Assembly: GCA_964016885.1 (NCBI GenBank)
Contig: OZ024743.1
Span: 96,844,001 to 96,908,000, forward strand
Direction of reading: 5' to 3'
Source: Eledone cirrhosa
Taxonomy: Eukaryota
DNA: 64,000 nucleotides
Shown: piece after piece, positions 13,055 through 26,530 of the stretch
Numbering within the stretch: position 1 is the first letter of the stretch
How the letters are laid out: each line of letters starts with the position of its first letter
Position numbers and translations under genes: made by a program
The notes under the pieces: generated by a model
Seen by the model: the letters and a program-made list of their open reading frames with translations, nothing else
Databases searched by the model: none
What the model was told of the DNA's origin: nothing

Positions 13055-13964
13055 GTCTACCACATAACTAAGCCACTACAGTATTTGAATTCTGAGTGCA
13101 AAGAGCTGGAACATATACTGCAAGGCATACCATCCAATGCTCTGATGCTTCCATCATTTCACCTCAATATATTGGTACTTTATTTTATGGTTAAATACAA
13201 AGTTGACCGTGGCAGGATTTGAACTCAGAACACAAAGAGACAGATGAAATACCACAATGTATTTTGCCTGACTCTAATGCTTCTGTAAATTTATTGCTAG
13301 ATTTATCTGTCATTAACCACCATAAATACCATCTGGAAAATTGATAAACACTTCATCATTTTTTTAAAAGTCAGATCACAATAACATATATATTATTAGC
13401 TTGTTGCTAAAGTTACCCTGAAATTTAGAGGTTTATTTTGTTTTAAGTTTTTCTTATTGATTTTTAAAGGCTTACAAGATCATTTTTCATTTTTGTATTT
13501 CCTTCAACAGTTATTTCTTGTTTTTCCTTCATTAAGTCTATTCTTTGGTTACATTAAACCTTTTCTACAATAATTAAGCTATTCTTTTCATTTTGGTGTT
13601 TGTATCTGGACTTTATTTGTATTTGCTTTTGTTATTCTCTGATATATTTTTTATATTTTGTTTTCTCATTTCTCATTCGTGCTTTAACTATTATTTATTT
13701 TGGATTGTTTTCAATATTTCGTATATTTATTCCCATAGAGTATTTTTACTTTCCATCACCATTGTTGCCATTGTTGCAATAAAAAGAAATTCTTTTAAAG
13801 ATATTTTTGAATATATATAAAAAAAAAAAAAAATTCTGTGTAATTGCAAAAAAATTGAAATAATTTATTCTTTAATTGTTTCTTTAAACATATTTTATAG
13901 TCACTTGTTGATGCAAGCCTAAAATATACTTAACAGCAGTACAACAACAGTTAGATTCATCCTA

Positions 13965-14228
13965 TTTACCCTTTCATTTCCATATTTCTAATTAAAGACA
14001 TAACCTATAATTTTGAGATGATTTTGAAAATAAGCTAGAATTTAGAGGAATTTAGTAATATAACTAATTTTCTCATTATTTAGCTGGTGTTTGGAACATA
14101 ATTCAGTGAAGGTTCTTATGCAAAATTATGATTGATGACTTTGAGATAGATGTGAACACTTTAAAACAAATAGTTTAGTGTTGTAGCACTAAGGGTGGTT
14201 TCAAGCAATTTTATCTCCAGAAGGTTAA
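13965..14228. mobile_element. TTAA MITE family M2
   Basis: Ends ttta-ccctttc and gaagg-ttaa; similar to 9902-10129. Confidence 0.55.
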
Positions 14229-15224
14229 CTTTCCACTAAATTCTTAGATACAAGGATGCTTAATTCCTTAACCTCTAATACATAAGGTGCAAAGCCCACA
14301 TCACTAATTTTTAGATACATGAAAGTATAAATTTGTTCCAAGAAATAATAAATATACTTCACATATTTTGATGTATGGGCAACTGTCAAATAAGTAGTTC
14401 AAATTTCCCATATACCATATTTTACCTTTGATCAAAATATATAATAAACTAAAACCTAATTTCTGACCTCTATACCACCTGTATCAAACTACATCACATA
14501 TGATAAACTCAACTAACAGCATCAAATGTTATAATATTCTCTTGACCTGATTGTGCTACGATGTATTGTCCAGGTTTTATTTTAATATTTCCTTTTCATT
14601 TGTTGCCAATCTGGCATGAATTTAAATTTTATTCTAAATAAAGCAGTTGCATATGCTTTGAAATCATGTGATGACAAGGTTAAATAAGGCTGGTATTTGT
14701 TTCCATATTATGCTGACTCATCAAACGGAATAAATTGCCCTGTTTATCCTTTTTCATTACCATATTTCAAATGATCAAACATTTGAAAGTATTGATTTAG
14801 TTACCTAACTATCTTTCTCATTATTAAGTTGGTGTTTCGAGCATAACTTAACAAGTTTGTACATAAATTTAATTCACTGATGAATTATGTCATTTCAGTA
14901 ATATATTCCATGCAGGTATGAATACAATGATCCCCTTTTTTATCACATTTTTACTGTATCATGTGATTGAAGTAAAAAGAAAAGTTATGCTAACTAGACA
15001 ATATAGTTTAGGATAAAATAAATAATACTGAACCATAAATTAAAATGTATGTTTGTCACATGGGAAGTAATGTTGTTAGGGAGACAAATATATGCAGAGT
15101 TGAGAGGCATACATTCATGTGTATGCCTGGTCTTTGACAAACTCACTCGATGTATCATTTACTATCTAGCAGCAAGCATATGAGATGCTATGCTACTTAT
15201 TCATCAAATTTTCATTGCACCTGA

Positions 15225-15825
15225 TATTGCCAACAAAGACCCAGAGTTCCTGAATGCGGTGATAACTAGAGATGAGGTGAGGGTGTATGGATACAACATG
15301 GAAATCAAAACTAAATTATCTCAGTGAAATCATCCAATGTCTCATAAAGCACATCAGAGGCAAAGCAAAATCAAGGTGATGTTGACATTTTTTACTGCCA
15401 AGTGGCTATGAATATGGACCTAAAAGGCAATAATCAATGACAAATCAGTACTATCAGGAAGTCCTCCAACATCTTTCTGATGATAATTCCCCAGCTCATT
15501 CAGCATGGCTGATCCAATGTTTCTTGGTAAAGAAAGCCATTTTACTCATTTGTCTTGGTCACTACTCTATAGATATGGCACCTTTTGACTTCCAGTTATT
15601 ACCCAAAATAATGATACCACCGATAGGCTGCTGGAAGTACATCGTACAAAGAGCCATCCCAGAAGAAGTATTTAGAACATGCTTGAAACAGTGAAAGGGT
15701 CTCTGGGCTAAGTGTGTGGAGGCACAATGGATCTATTTTAAAGGGGATTTACGTTTGAACTCCACCATGTACAGAATTATATTTCAAGCTTAAGATCAAA
15801 TACTTTTTCAATAGGCTACATATAG
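15225..15825 (+). pseudogene. Decayed mariner (DD34D-type) transposase
   Basis: Contains DPEFLNAVITRDEVRVYGY (cf. ITGDE.WVYGY), DDNSPAH (cf. HDNAPAH) and YSIDMAPFDF (cf. YSPDLAP.DF), with stops and deletions. Confidence 0.85.
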
Positions 15826-15987
15826 TCGTATGTATCTATTGATATTACATAACCTTAACCAAACTGCTTTTGAGTTAGTTTAGTGTACATGAAAACCTGT
15901 AATTTTGATTCAACTCCAGCATTGTGTAATCTAAATCAGTCTTGGAACAAAGCTCACTCTATTATTGTTCCATTATTTTTATTCTAA

Positions 15988-16179
15988 GGGTGGTGGATTG
16001 GCAGTATCGGTAGAGGGTCGGATGCGATGCTTTGATGCATAGAGTTACAGCCCTTTCCAATCTGAATTCAAATCCCGCCGAGGTTAACTTTGCCTTTCAT
16101 CCTTACGGGGCCGATAAAATAAAGTACCAGTAATGCACTGGGTAATTTGCTGGCCTTGTGCCAAAAGTAGAAACAATTA
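15988..16179 (+). mobile_element. SINE family S2
   Basis: Same as 4540-4728; TSD tttattctaa at 15978-15987 and 16180-16189. Confidence 0.88.
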
Positions 16180-17682
16180 TTTATTCTAAAGAGATGATAT
16201 ATAAAGTAGCCATACTTATATTTTAACATAAACTCTGAGCTAATGATAAACATTTTTCAGTTTTTTTTTCATTCTAGCCTAAACATCCATCTTTTTTATA
16301 ACTTTATTATTTGGAGAACTACTTTCACAAGTGGACTGTATTATTTTACACATACTAATGTTGCCATGGCTATAGCAATCCATTGTGTATTACGATCAAC
16401 ATCTGCTTCATTACCACTTATCTGACTAACTTAGTCCCTTACATTAAATATACTAATTTGCTTTCCATTACATCTCTTTCATTCCTTTATCATGATTTTT
16501 ATCTGCAACCGTTTTCTCTACCTAGAAAAAACAGTTGTCAAACACAAAATGTTAATCTTTATTTCCTGTATAATCTGGTGCTTTCTGTTGACAAACATAA
16601 ATGAAAGACAAATTTACTGTCACTTTCATGTTGCATAGCAAATACAATCAGATTTAAGGAAATTTGTGGTTTTAAATGCTAAACTGTACAGCTGTTACTC
16701 ATACTTATCAATTGGTATTAAGCTTTAACTCATATAACTGACTTGTTTGGCTTTGAAACTGATGATTACATGCATATTTTCTTCTGATTCTCAGTTTTCT
16801 AAAAGGTTCTTTATGGTTTTATGAGTTGAATTTGGAAAGGTTTATATATTAAGGAAAACAACATTACATTAAAATGTCTACATGAGTATATTTAATAATA
16901 AAAGTATATTGAAATATTTTTTTTTATTAGCTGCAGTCATTTTGGATTGGGCAATCTTTTCTCATATAGATAGCTATATAAACATTTAGGAGTAATCAAC
17001 ATTATCAGAATCCAATATATGACATATTTCAGTAGCTTATGCCTTCTTATACTATGAAGCTCAAGTATAGGGTTAGAGAAGATGTTATGTAAGAAGCATG
17101 ATGAGTTGAATTAAACAATCTTTCAAGTTGCTGAAATGAATTCATGTGTCAAATCTAAGTAATCTCTAATTATCAGAGATTAAGACTATAGGGAATGAAA
17201 AAAACAAAACACAAAACAAGCAATATAAGATGGAGCATTCATTAATAGATGCTTACTTTGAATATGATAATTATTAAATATTATTGCTAATCTTTCATTT
17301 ATATGATCAATGCAATAGGGATGTCTGATTGACTATGTAGTTGTAAATCACAAATTTAAGACAGCACACGATCTGTTTTTAATTGCCTATTTCATTAGAA
17401 ATATGCTCATGAAAGAGTAGCTATTAATAACCTGACTAGAAAGGGAAAGGAGCAGACTATTATACTGTTAATCAAATCTGTATCAATACTATTATGGCTT
17501 TGATTCAATTCACTATACCCCTTCAACACAAAATGGTCTGTATATTTTACTCTTGAGAAGGATAGAATCTAATGCTGTTTGTAGAAAGATGAAATCCTAG
17601 CCTTTGTTTAACATCAAAAGTGGAGAGTTCAGTAATGTGAGAGCAGCCACCACATATTCTGTTGTGAAGGCAATGACCAATC

Positions 17683-17879
17683 TTAACCCTTTTGACTGAA
17701 TAAAACTCCTGAGATTCTGATACAAAGATTTTTATATTTATCTAAAAACATTCCGTCATAATTTCATGCAAGAACGTTTGTTCTGAATACAAGCTGAAGA
17801 AGGAGAAAGTTTTATTACTAAATAGTTCTGAATTCATAGGCAGTGTTTTTCATTAGAAATATAGTCAGAAAAGGGTTAA
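17683..17879. mobile_element. TTAA MITE family M2
   Basis: TIRs ttaa-cccttttgact and agtcagaaaaggg-ttaa. Confidence 0.7.
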
Positions 17880-18403
17880 TAGATATGTACACACTCACTT
17901 TAATAGATGTGCATATAACAACTCATGACTGTAGCATATAAAAAAGACTTGAATGGAGAAGAAGTATGCCATAAATATTTGAATTGATATTGTACATGAT
18001 AATATATTTACCCTTGATATATCAGTTAATTGATACCAGTTCTTTATCTATGTGATGGCTAAATGGTTCAAAATCATCTTAAAATTTTTGAATTATAATG
18101 TACTGCATATTTAATCAAAATATTTGAGAAAATTTTCTTTAAAATTTGTAATAAAAAAGAGTGGGGAATTGATGGTTTTGAATATTTTCAATACTAGGTT
18201 TCAGTATTTTATGAAGGAAAAAGATTTTGTTTGTTTCTTTTCTATTTTACATTTTGTGTTCTTCAATTTTCTGTCCATTAAATCCCCAATATTTAACCAT
18301 CAGACTGATTGTTCTCAGAGTGAACGAACATTTTGTTTGTTTGATATCTTACTAAAGCAACTGCTGTTCTTTCTGATGTTCTTTTTATCCTTTGATGCTG
18401 CAG

Positions 18404-18427
18404 ACAAAAGTGTTCTCTTTCCTTTGA
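18404..18427 (+). CDS. Candidate terminal coding exon of the RGS gene (TKVFSFL*)
   Basis: Pyrimidine tract and ctgcag acceptor, phase 0, followed by U-rich UTR-like sequence and AATAAA at ~18770. No homology support. Confidence 0.3.
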   Translation, partial: TKVFSFL

Positions 18428-19094
18428 AGAACATTTTATATCAAAGCAATAAGTGTTTTGTAGATTTACTTTAAATATTTATCATTTTGTATGTTTGAGT
18501 TTTTATTTCTATTTCAAAACATGTTTACATTTTACGTATGGTAGTTATTGAACTTTGCCAGGTTTCCACTACTTCCAATGCAATTTATATACACATACTT
18601 TTTTATATTTTTTTTTTGTGCGTGTGGTCGTTTCTATTTGTTTTTATTTTTGCTCCTGTAATTTCCATATTATTTTGAATTGCAAACTTATATTTATGCT
18701 GAGGAATTTTGTTGAGTGAAAGGAGACAAACGTGTATTTTTCAGTCAACTGAATACATTTTTCACTTTCAATAAATGAACTAATTCGAGGCAATAAAGGA
18801 GACTACACCAGACATTTTCAATTACTGTACCATGATATACTTGTGTGCTGCACATGATTTGCAGAGGTACCATGATAATATTGAGGCAAGATGGAAAATG
18901 CCAGAATACTTAGAAAACTTGAGTGTATTTGATGTATTATACACTTCCATTTATGCTTCGTTCATAAACAAAATGCAATGCATGTACACATCTCTGTTTT
19001 AAACCAATTTTAATCCTAGTTTTATTTTCATATAAAACTTTAAAAAGCAGATGGTGTATTACAATGCTGTAAGTGCTCTATTCAGTGTGTCATG

Positions 19095-20330
19095 GATTAA
19101 AAATGGTTAAAAAATACTGCTTTACAAGTTAGACGAGATGCAATTAGGTTTTATGCCAGGTAGGGGTACTACTGATGCCCTCTTTTTGATGAGACAGGAG
19201 AGTTACTTAGCTAAGAGTAAGCCACTGTACTTGGATTTTTTAGTTATGGGGAAGGCCTTTGACAAGGACCCAAACTCTGTAAGCTTGGTGTAGGTGAATG
19301 TATAAAGATGCAACCAGATAAGTAAGAGTTCACAATGAGTATAGTGATGAATTTGAAGTGCGGGTTGGGGTGGGGTCTACCAGGGCTCAGTCTTCAGTCC
19401 ACTTCTGTTTATCATTGTTTTTAAGTCCATTACTGAGGATTTTAAAATTGACATTCCATGGGAACTCCTATAGGTTGATGATCTTGTCCTTATAGCTGAA
19501 TCTGTTGTAGAGTTAGAGGCAAAGATTCAAGTATGGAAGAAGAACCTAGAGTTGAAAGGCCTAAAAGTAAACTGAGCAAAGAAATATTAGCAAATAAAGT
19601 CTTAATATGTCTTAATATTAACAAATAATAATAAAGTCTTAAAATTAGCAAATAAAGTCTTAATATGTAGGAAAGAGGACAAAAGGAAAGTGGTATTGTT
19701 CAATATGTCAGAAATGGATGGGTAAAAATTGTAATCTATGGGCACACGAGAAATGTAGTGAGATTGCTGGCAATATAACGGAAGAGATGAACATTGTATG
19801 TGGCAGATGCACAGAAAAAAGCACTATGAGCACATGTAAAATAAATGCCTTCAGTTGCCAAGGAGGCTCCTTAGAAATTGTTGAGAGCTTTGCTACCTAG
19901 GTGACCAAATTAGTAATGAGGGAGGATGGTTTGAATGTGTAATAGCCTAGTTAAGAACAAGCTGGAAGAAGCTTAAGGAGCTGGTTGACAAGAAAGGGCA
20001 TCACTCAGAGTGAAAGGTTGACTGTATGATGCCTGCTTCTGATCTGCAATGCTACATGGCAGTGAATCATGGGCCTTGTTTACAGAAAACCTGTGGAGGC
20101 TAGAATGAAATGAAGCAAGTATATTCCGATAGATGTGTAATGTTAGTGTGCAAGAACAACATAACATAATAAACTGAGAGAAAAGCTAGGTATAAGAGAA
20201 ATTGGATGTAATATGCAAGATAGAAGACTGCATTAGTATGATGTGTATGGTAGAAGTCATTAAGAAATAGAAAAAAATCTAGAAGACTTAGGACAATGAA
20301 GTGAAGACCAACCTTAACTAAATTTCGTAG
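19095..20330 (+). mobile_element. Old degraded RTE LINE (same PHD-bearing group)
   Basis: Remnants of LDEMQLGFMPGRGTTDA, QGSVFSPLLF, WELL*VDDL, WAHEKCS and MLHGSESW, with many stops. Confidence 0.85.
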
Positions 20331-21150
20331 CAGCGGTGACAAAGGACTGCAAGAGCTGGGGACTTGGCAAGACCTTCACACCAGCATACAGTGTGACCTG
20401 ACCCATTTCTGTGTCTTCACTTCCACTAGGGATCCTCAGTAGCATCCTCACCATCACTCCATATCCCACACTACCAGCTTCCAGTATTACTCCTTAGCTA
20501 CTCTCTCTCAAAAGCCCTTAGATACCCTTAATATCACACACTAGTAGCTACTCTAGTAACAAAATGTGTAGGTCAGTCAGCTTGTGGACTCACTCAATAT
20601 TACAGATCTCAGTATCCTGAAATGAAAGCTGCTGCCATTAAACTATCAACCATTGTAGTATAGCATGCAAGTCTCTTGCAGGTCTAATGAGCCACATGAC
20701 ACATCATCAGAAACAAACACACACAACTAATGAATATATTTTCCTTGACTAGATATGTTATGAGCATATATTATTAACATTAAACAAGCCATCAACGCAG
20801 TCTCTACAAGGATTATTTGACCTGCTAAAAATAGCACCCAAATCTCATTCAAATCACATCCTCTCATTAAAAAATAGTACATTGCATAATGTTGTCCTTG
20901 GTTCTCTACACATAAGTAAAAGTTAGGTTGGCCATAACAGTAAGTTTGATTAGTCAGTGTTGAGATGAGGCTAGAGAACAAAAACAACAGCCATTGCTAT
21001 TCAAGCCAATGAGGAAATCCCTATATGTTAGGAATAGCAGCCAAATCTCCCACAAAATCCCCAACGTACCATCTTGAAAATACTTGCATAGATTTAATTA
21101 CTGATATATGCTGTGTCAGAAAAGCAAACATGATGGGAATAGCTAGAACT

Positions 21151-21366
21151 TTAACTCTTTAGAATTTACATTACTCTACTATTATATTTTCATTGTAAAG
21201 GCTTTATCTCACATAATATGAAATCTAAAAGATTTTGATGATGTTATTATTTATTTTGAGAAAAATATCTTAATGTCAGTATGAGTGGCTGGTTATGGCC
21301 AGTTTGAACAGAAAGAGGTGAGAGAATTCTGTCTGGATATGGCTGGTTTAAATGCTAATGGGTTAA
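21151..21366. mobile_element. TTAA MITE family M1
   Basis: Ends ttaa-ctctttagaat and aatgctaatggg-ttaa; colinear with 11379-11588. Confidence 0.72.
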
Positions 21367-22521
21367 TCAGGCAAAAGAGTTTCATCGCTGATGTGAATTT
21401 ATGGACCTGTGGATCACATGCAGTCATTCAACTAACTGTTTACATATAATAGATCTGCTTAATCAGAGCCAACTGGAAGCTACACAACAATAACAACAGC
21501 AATAACAATTATCACTAATCATTTGCAAGAAATTTTGAAACTGGAGACCATTATTTTAAAATTCTTTTACTGGTTTCAGTCATTTGATTGCAGCCATTCT
21601 TCAGTACCACATTAAAAAAATGTAATCAATCATATCGGCCCAAGTACATACTTTCTCATGCTTGGCATTTATTATACCGATCTTTTTTGTTTTTAAATAT
21701 AAATGCAGGCGCAGCGACAAATGTAAACACACACACTTTGCACCTTTTGTAGATCTTAACCCTTTGTATTCTTCAACAGATTTTGCTTGCACTTAGTTTA
21801 ATGTTCAGCCATTAGTGTTTGGTACCGAGTTGTTTAACCATAGTTGTATATTTTTTTGTTCACTTCACTGCACATATCACTTCATTCCTTTGGTGTTCAG
21901 CTCACATACCACACATTTTTTTTGCATACAGCATATATAGTTGTCCATTATATAATTTACTTTCATTTCTGTACTGCCCTGTATATTATTGCACCTCTCC
22001 AATTATTCTGTTATCTAAAATCTTCTGAGCACCACAAAACTTATTTATGTCTTATTAATCAATATACACTTAAATATGATATCTTTATTACAATATTTGC
22101 GATGTAGCATTTTATAATATTCCCTATGATTTCAGTGTGTTTATTTTTCTTCTTGCTGTTTTGCTATACACTTGCTGTTTTATTTTGAACTATTTATTTT
22201 GAAATGATACCAGGTTTAATGATATTTCCTCAGTATGTCTATAATTTGCAGATTATTCAAATAACTGTTATTTTTTTCTGTTTGTTTTATTCTCTTTTAA
22301 CTAGCTCAAGTATTTACTTTACTGTTCTGTTTCATTTTATTGAATGTTTGCTCTGTATATATATATATATGTACATATATATATGTGTGTGTGTGCATGT
22401 ATATAATGTACCTTGATTTGCTAATTTGCTTCTGTGATATGGATTGCTCAACTGTTGCATTATATTAGATGTTTGAACATTGTTGCACCGTTACAGTAGT
22501 TGTTTTGTTCTTAATGCCTGA

Positions 22522-22531
22522 AATAAATAAA
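22522..22531 (+). terminator. Candidate polyadenylation signal (overlapping AATAAA) of the RGS gene
   Basis: aaataaataaa ends a ~1 kb U-rich, repeat-poor UTR-like block immediately before the repeat nest. Confidence 0.45.
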
Positions 22532-22759
22532 TCAAGAGAAATTGATGTTTCCGTTAATCAAGAGGGGAATATTATGTAAACGATAAACTGAAGAAAATAA
22601 AAAAACATATATATATAAATAGGTGAATAGATGCATATGTGCAGGCACACACAGTATCTATATATGTATATGTATATATATATATATGTATGTATATAAA
22701 TATATATGTATGTATATATGTATATATTTATATATATGTATATATATATATATGTATGT

Positions 22760-24325
22760 CATCATCATCATCATCATCGTCTAACGTCCATCTTCCACGC
22801 TTGCATTGGTTTGGACGTGAATTTTCCCACTTGAGACAAGATTGGTTGTCTTGCTCGTATAGGACTGTCTGGCGGGTTTTCTACGGCTGGATGCTCTTCC
22901 TAACACCAACCACGTTTACAGTGTGGACTGGGAGGTTTTTACCGTGTTACCTACACGGCCACATTACAGCGTGGACTGTGTGTTTTTTTGTCGTGACACC
23001 TACACGACCTCATTTGTTTCGGACTGAACGTTGTGGTACCAACATAACTTTACATTGGAAGGGGTGGTGTGGATGGGGTGGGGATAGTGGGGCCGGGGTA
23101 TATTTTTGTTAGAGGTGCCTACTGACTAGGTTTCGCTTTGTACATAGGCAAGGTCTTCAATATTACCGTGTAGCACCAAAGATCTCGGTCCAATGACATT
23201 GTCTTGGAGAGGTGTAAGTGTGTAAGGTCGGAATTTATCAAGTCGTCCCAGGCTTTTCTGGGTCTGCCTACTCTGTGGCTACCGTCTATTTTTATCGCCC
23301 TGCACTTTTTTATACAGCTGTCATCTTTCATGCGCATCACGTGACCATACCAACGTAGTCTTCTCTCGAGTAAACAACATCTGATCCCTCTTATTCCTAA
23401 TTTCTCCCTTAGTTCATTTATGCTTTGCCGTTCACGTATATTACTATTACACATCCAACGGAGCATGCAAGCTTCGTTCCTCTCCAGTCTGCGTATATCC
23501 TCTGCACACAATGCCCAAGTCTCACTGCCATGTAACATTGCTGTTCGTATGCAGGCATCATACAGCCTGCCTTTCATTTTTAGAGAGAACACTTTAGCGG
23601 CCAATAGTGGTATAAGCTCTCTGAAATTTTTCCATCCCGTTCTGACTCTAGCTACTGTACTTTCAGAGCACCCTCCACCAATGCTGATTTTGTCAGCTAG
23701 GTAACGGAAGGTGTCCACTATTTCTATAGAACCATCTGTGCAATGGAATGAGCTAATATTCTGTGGGCACTTGCTGCTACTTATTGCACCTGAGCACCGG
23801 CCACATATAAAATCTATATTCTTAGTTAGCTTACCTGTGATCCCACTACATCTTTTATGCACCCATACTTTGCATTTGGGACATAAAATGGAGTTTCTAC
23901 CTACTCCTTTCCTACATACTGAGCATGGTCATTTCCCAGATGGGAGCAGTGCCCTATTTTCCTTCCTACAAACTAGAACTTTAGTTTAGACAGGTTAATT
24001 TTAAGGCCTTTGGATTCTAGGCCATGCTTCCATGTTTGGAATTTCTTCTCTAGTTCAGCCATTGATTCAGCTATGAGCGTTAGATCATCTGCGTATAGGA
24101 GTTCCCATGGGCAGCCGGTCTTGAAATCCTCTGTTATAGTCTGAAGGGCAATGATAAATAGTAGGGGGCTAAGGACAGAGCCCTGATGAACACCAACTTT
24201 TACGCTAAACTCTTCACTATATTCGTTGTTATTTCTAACCTTGCTGACTGTTTCTTTATACATGGCTTGTATAGCTCTCACAAGCCATTCATCAACACCT
24301 AGTTTTCTATGAGCCCACCAGATAA
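22760..24325 (-). mobile_element. RTE LINE family B, 5'-truncated
   Basis: [19 protein letters not shown] finger, [13 protein letters not shown]; ~350-nt 3' UTR; (GAT)n tail; TA arrays on both sides. Confidence 0.93.
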
Positions 24326-24487
24326 TGTATGTATCTATATATATATGTAAGTATATATATATATGTATGTATATATATATGTATGTATATATATATATAT
24401 ATGTATGTATATATATATATGAATGTATATATATATGTATGTATATATATATATGTATGTATGTATATGTGTGTACGTATATATATG

Positions 24488-24519
<32 letters not shown>

Positions 24520-24559
24520 TATGTATGTGTATATATGTATGTATATATATCTATATATA

Positions 24560-24598
<39 letters not shown>

Positions 24599-24767
24599 AT
24601 ATATATATGTATGTATATATATATATGTATGTATATATGGAAAGTTATATTTAAATTGTTGGGTTACAACTAGTAAATATTTATAACTGATATAAAAGCA
24701 CTCGACAAGTATTTGGAGTATATTTACGATATTAAATAAATGGAAACTATATTTATAAAACCATATT

Positions 24768-24833
24768 TATTTCATTATATATATTTCAGGGATATCATAT
24801 TAACAATATGCTATGCCTTCCTCAGACAAAATA
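24768..24833 (-). ncRNA. Minimal type I hammerhead ribozyme (family H1)
   Basis: Minus strand: tattttgt-CTGAGGA-aggcatagcatatt/aatatgatatccct-GAAA-tatata-TA-atgaaata. Stems I and II pair; helix III loop is palindromic. Confidence 0.72.
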
Positions 24834-24928
24834 CAATATAGACAGTTTTATAGATAAATAGATTTGACATACCGTACAACATCGACTTGTATTTGAAAAG
24901 TTGAATTGGCATGTATATATATATGTAT

Positions 24929-24972
<44 letters not shown>

Positions 24973-25089
24973 GTATGTATGTATGTATATATATATATTT
25001 ATATATATATATATATATGTATGTATATATATATATATATGTATGTATATATATATATATATGTATGCATATATATATATATATGTATG

Positions 25090-25128
<39 letters not shown>

Positions 25129-25133
25129 GTATG

Positions 25134-25166
<33 letters not shown>

Positions 25167-25202
25167 GTATGTATGTACATGTATATATATATGTATATAC
25201 AC

Positions 25203-26140
25203 ATGGCGTTCACTGGAGGGACCACATCAGTGATGTCGAGATTTTGGAAAGCTCTATGTGTGACAGTATAGAAGCTCTTTTGCTTAAGCAACGACTCCGT
25301 TGGAGTGGTCACCTTGCCAGGATGAAGGATTCTAGAATACCAAAACAACTCTTTTATGGAGAGTTAGTTAAAGGAAAACGACCGCCACATAAACCAAAAA
25401 AGAGGTATAAGGATGTTTTGAAAGCCTCTTTGAAGGACGCTAACATCTCTGCTGATACATAGGAAAATATTGCTGCTGATTGTAATAAATGGAGAAAGAC
25501 TGTATATGAGGGAAAAGTTGCCTTTGAGGCATCTCGAATCGCATACGAGAAAGTAAAGCGTGATGTGAGGAAAGGCATTGCTTTTGCACTTCCAGACGGC
25601 GAGGGTCCTCCTATGGTGCTGACATACAGCGTCTGTGCGAGACTCTGCCAAAGCAAAGCTGGACTCGAAATTCATCTTCACAGTCATAAAGTAAGACCAG
25701 TGGTTGACTACCAGGCTGCTGTTGGAGATGCTACTCATCATGCTTGCCAAACATGTGGTAGAGAATGTAAATCAGCAGGAGGGCTCAAACGACATGCAAA
25801 AGTACATGAACTCCAACCACGGCCGGCTATTCCTAGTGAATGTTTTGGTTGCCGATTCCGTGCAAGACATTTTAGATCATTGGCGGGGCTAAAAAGCCAC
25901 ATTCGATCGCAGCGCTGTTAGTTGCTATCGTGTGTGTGTGTGTATAGATATGTTTATGTGTGTGAGTGTGTGTATATCATTATTATTGTTATTATTATTA
26001 TTATTATTATTATTAATATATGTGTATGTGTATGTATATATGTATGTATGTGTGTGTATATATATATATTTTTTTTTTATTTATTTTTTTTTTTTTGCTC
26101 GTGCAATGGCCATACTCGATAACGAGGGGGCAGCCATCAT
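25203..26140 (+). mobile_element. RTE-clade LINE (distinct family) 3' part with three C2H2 fingers
   Basis: [25 protein letters not shown]...PKKRYKD, one in-frame TAG, then three CxxC..GL..H..H units. Putative tail ..gggggcagccatcat. Confidence 0.88.
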
Positions 26141-26189
26141 ATGTATGTATATATATATATATATGTATGTATATATATTTTTATTTCTT

Positions 26190-26505
26190 TCATTTTTTAC
26201 ATCCGCTTTTTCCCTGCTTGCAAGGGTGGGACGGGAACTGATTCTGGCTTGATTTCTACAGCTGGATGCCCTTCCTAACACCAACCTCATTTACAGTGAG
26301 TGCTGGGTGCTTTTCTTTTGCCGTGGCACCTCCACGAACACTTTGCAGTGGAATGATAGGGACCCCAGTCCTATCATCTCATTTCTACAGCTGAGTAAAT
26401 TGGAGCAATGTGAAATAAAGTGTCTTGCTCAAAGAAACAACACATCACCCGGTCCGAGAATTGAACTCAAAACCTTTCGATTGCAAGGCCAATGCTCGAA
26501 CAACT
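26190..26505 (-). mobile_element. SINE family S1
   Basis: Near-identical to 429-759. Confidence 0.9.
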
Positions 26506-26530
26506 ATATATATTTATATATATGTATATC

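Noticed and set aside
19586-19668. Short tandem repeats attagcaaataaagtcttaa
   Set aside because: Local slippage duplication inside a dead RTE copy.
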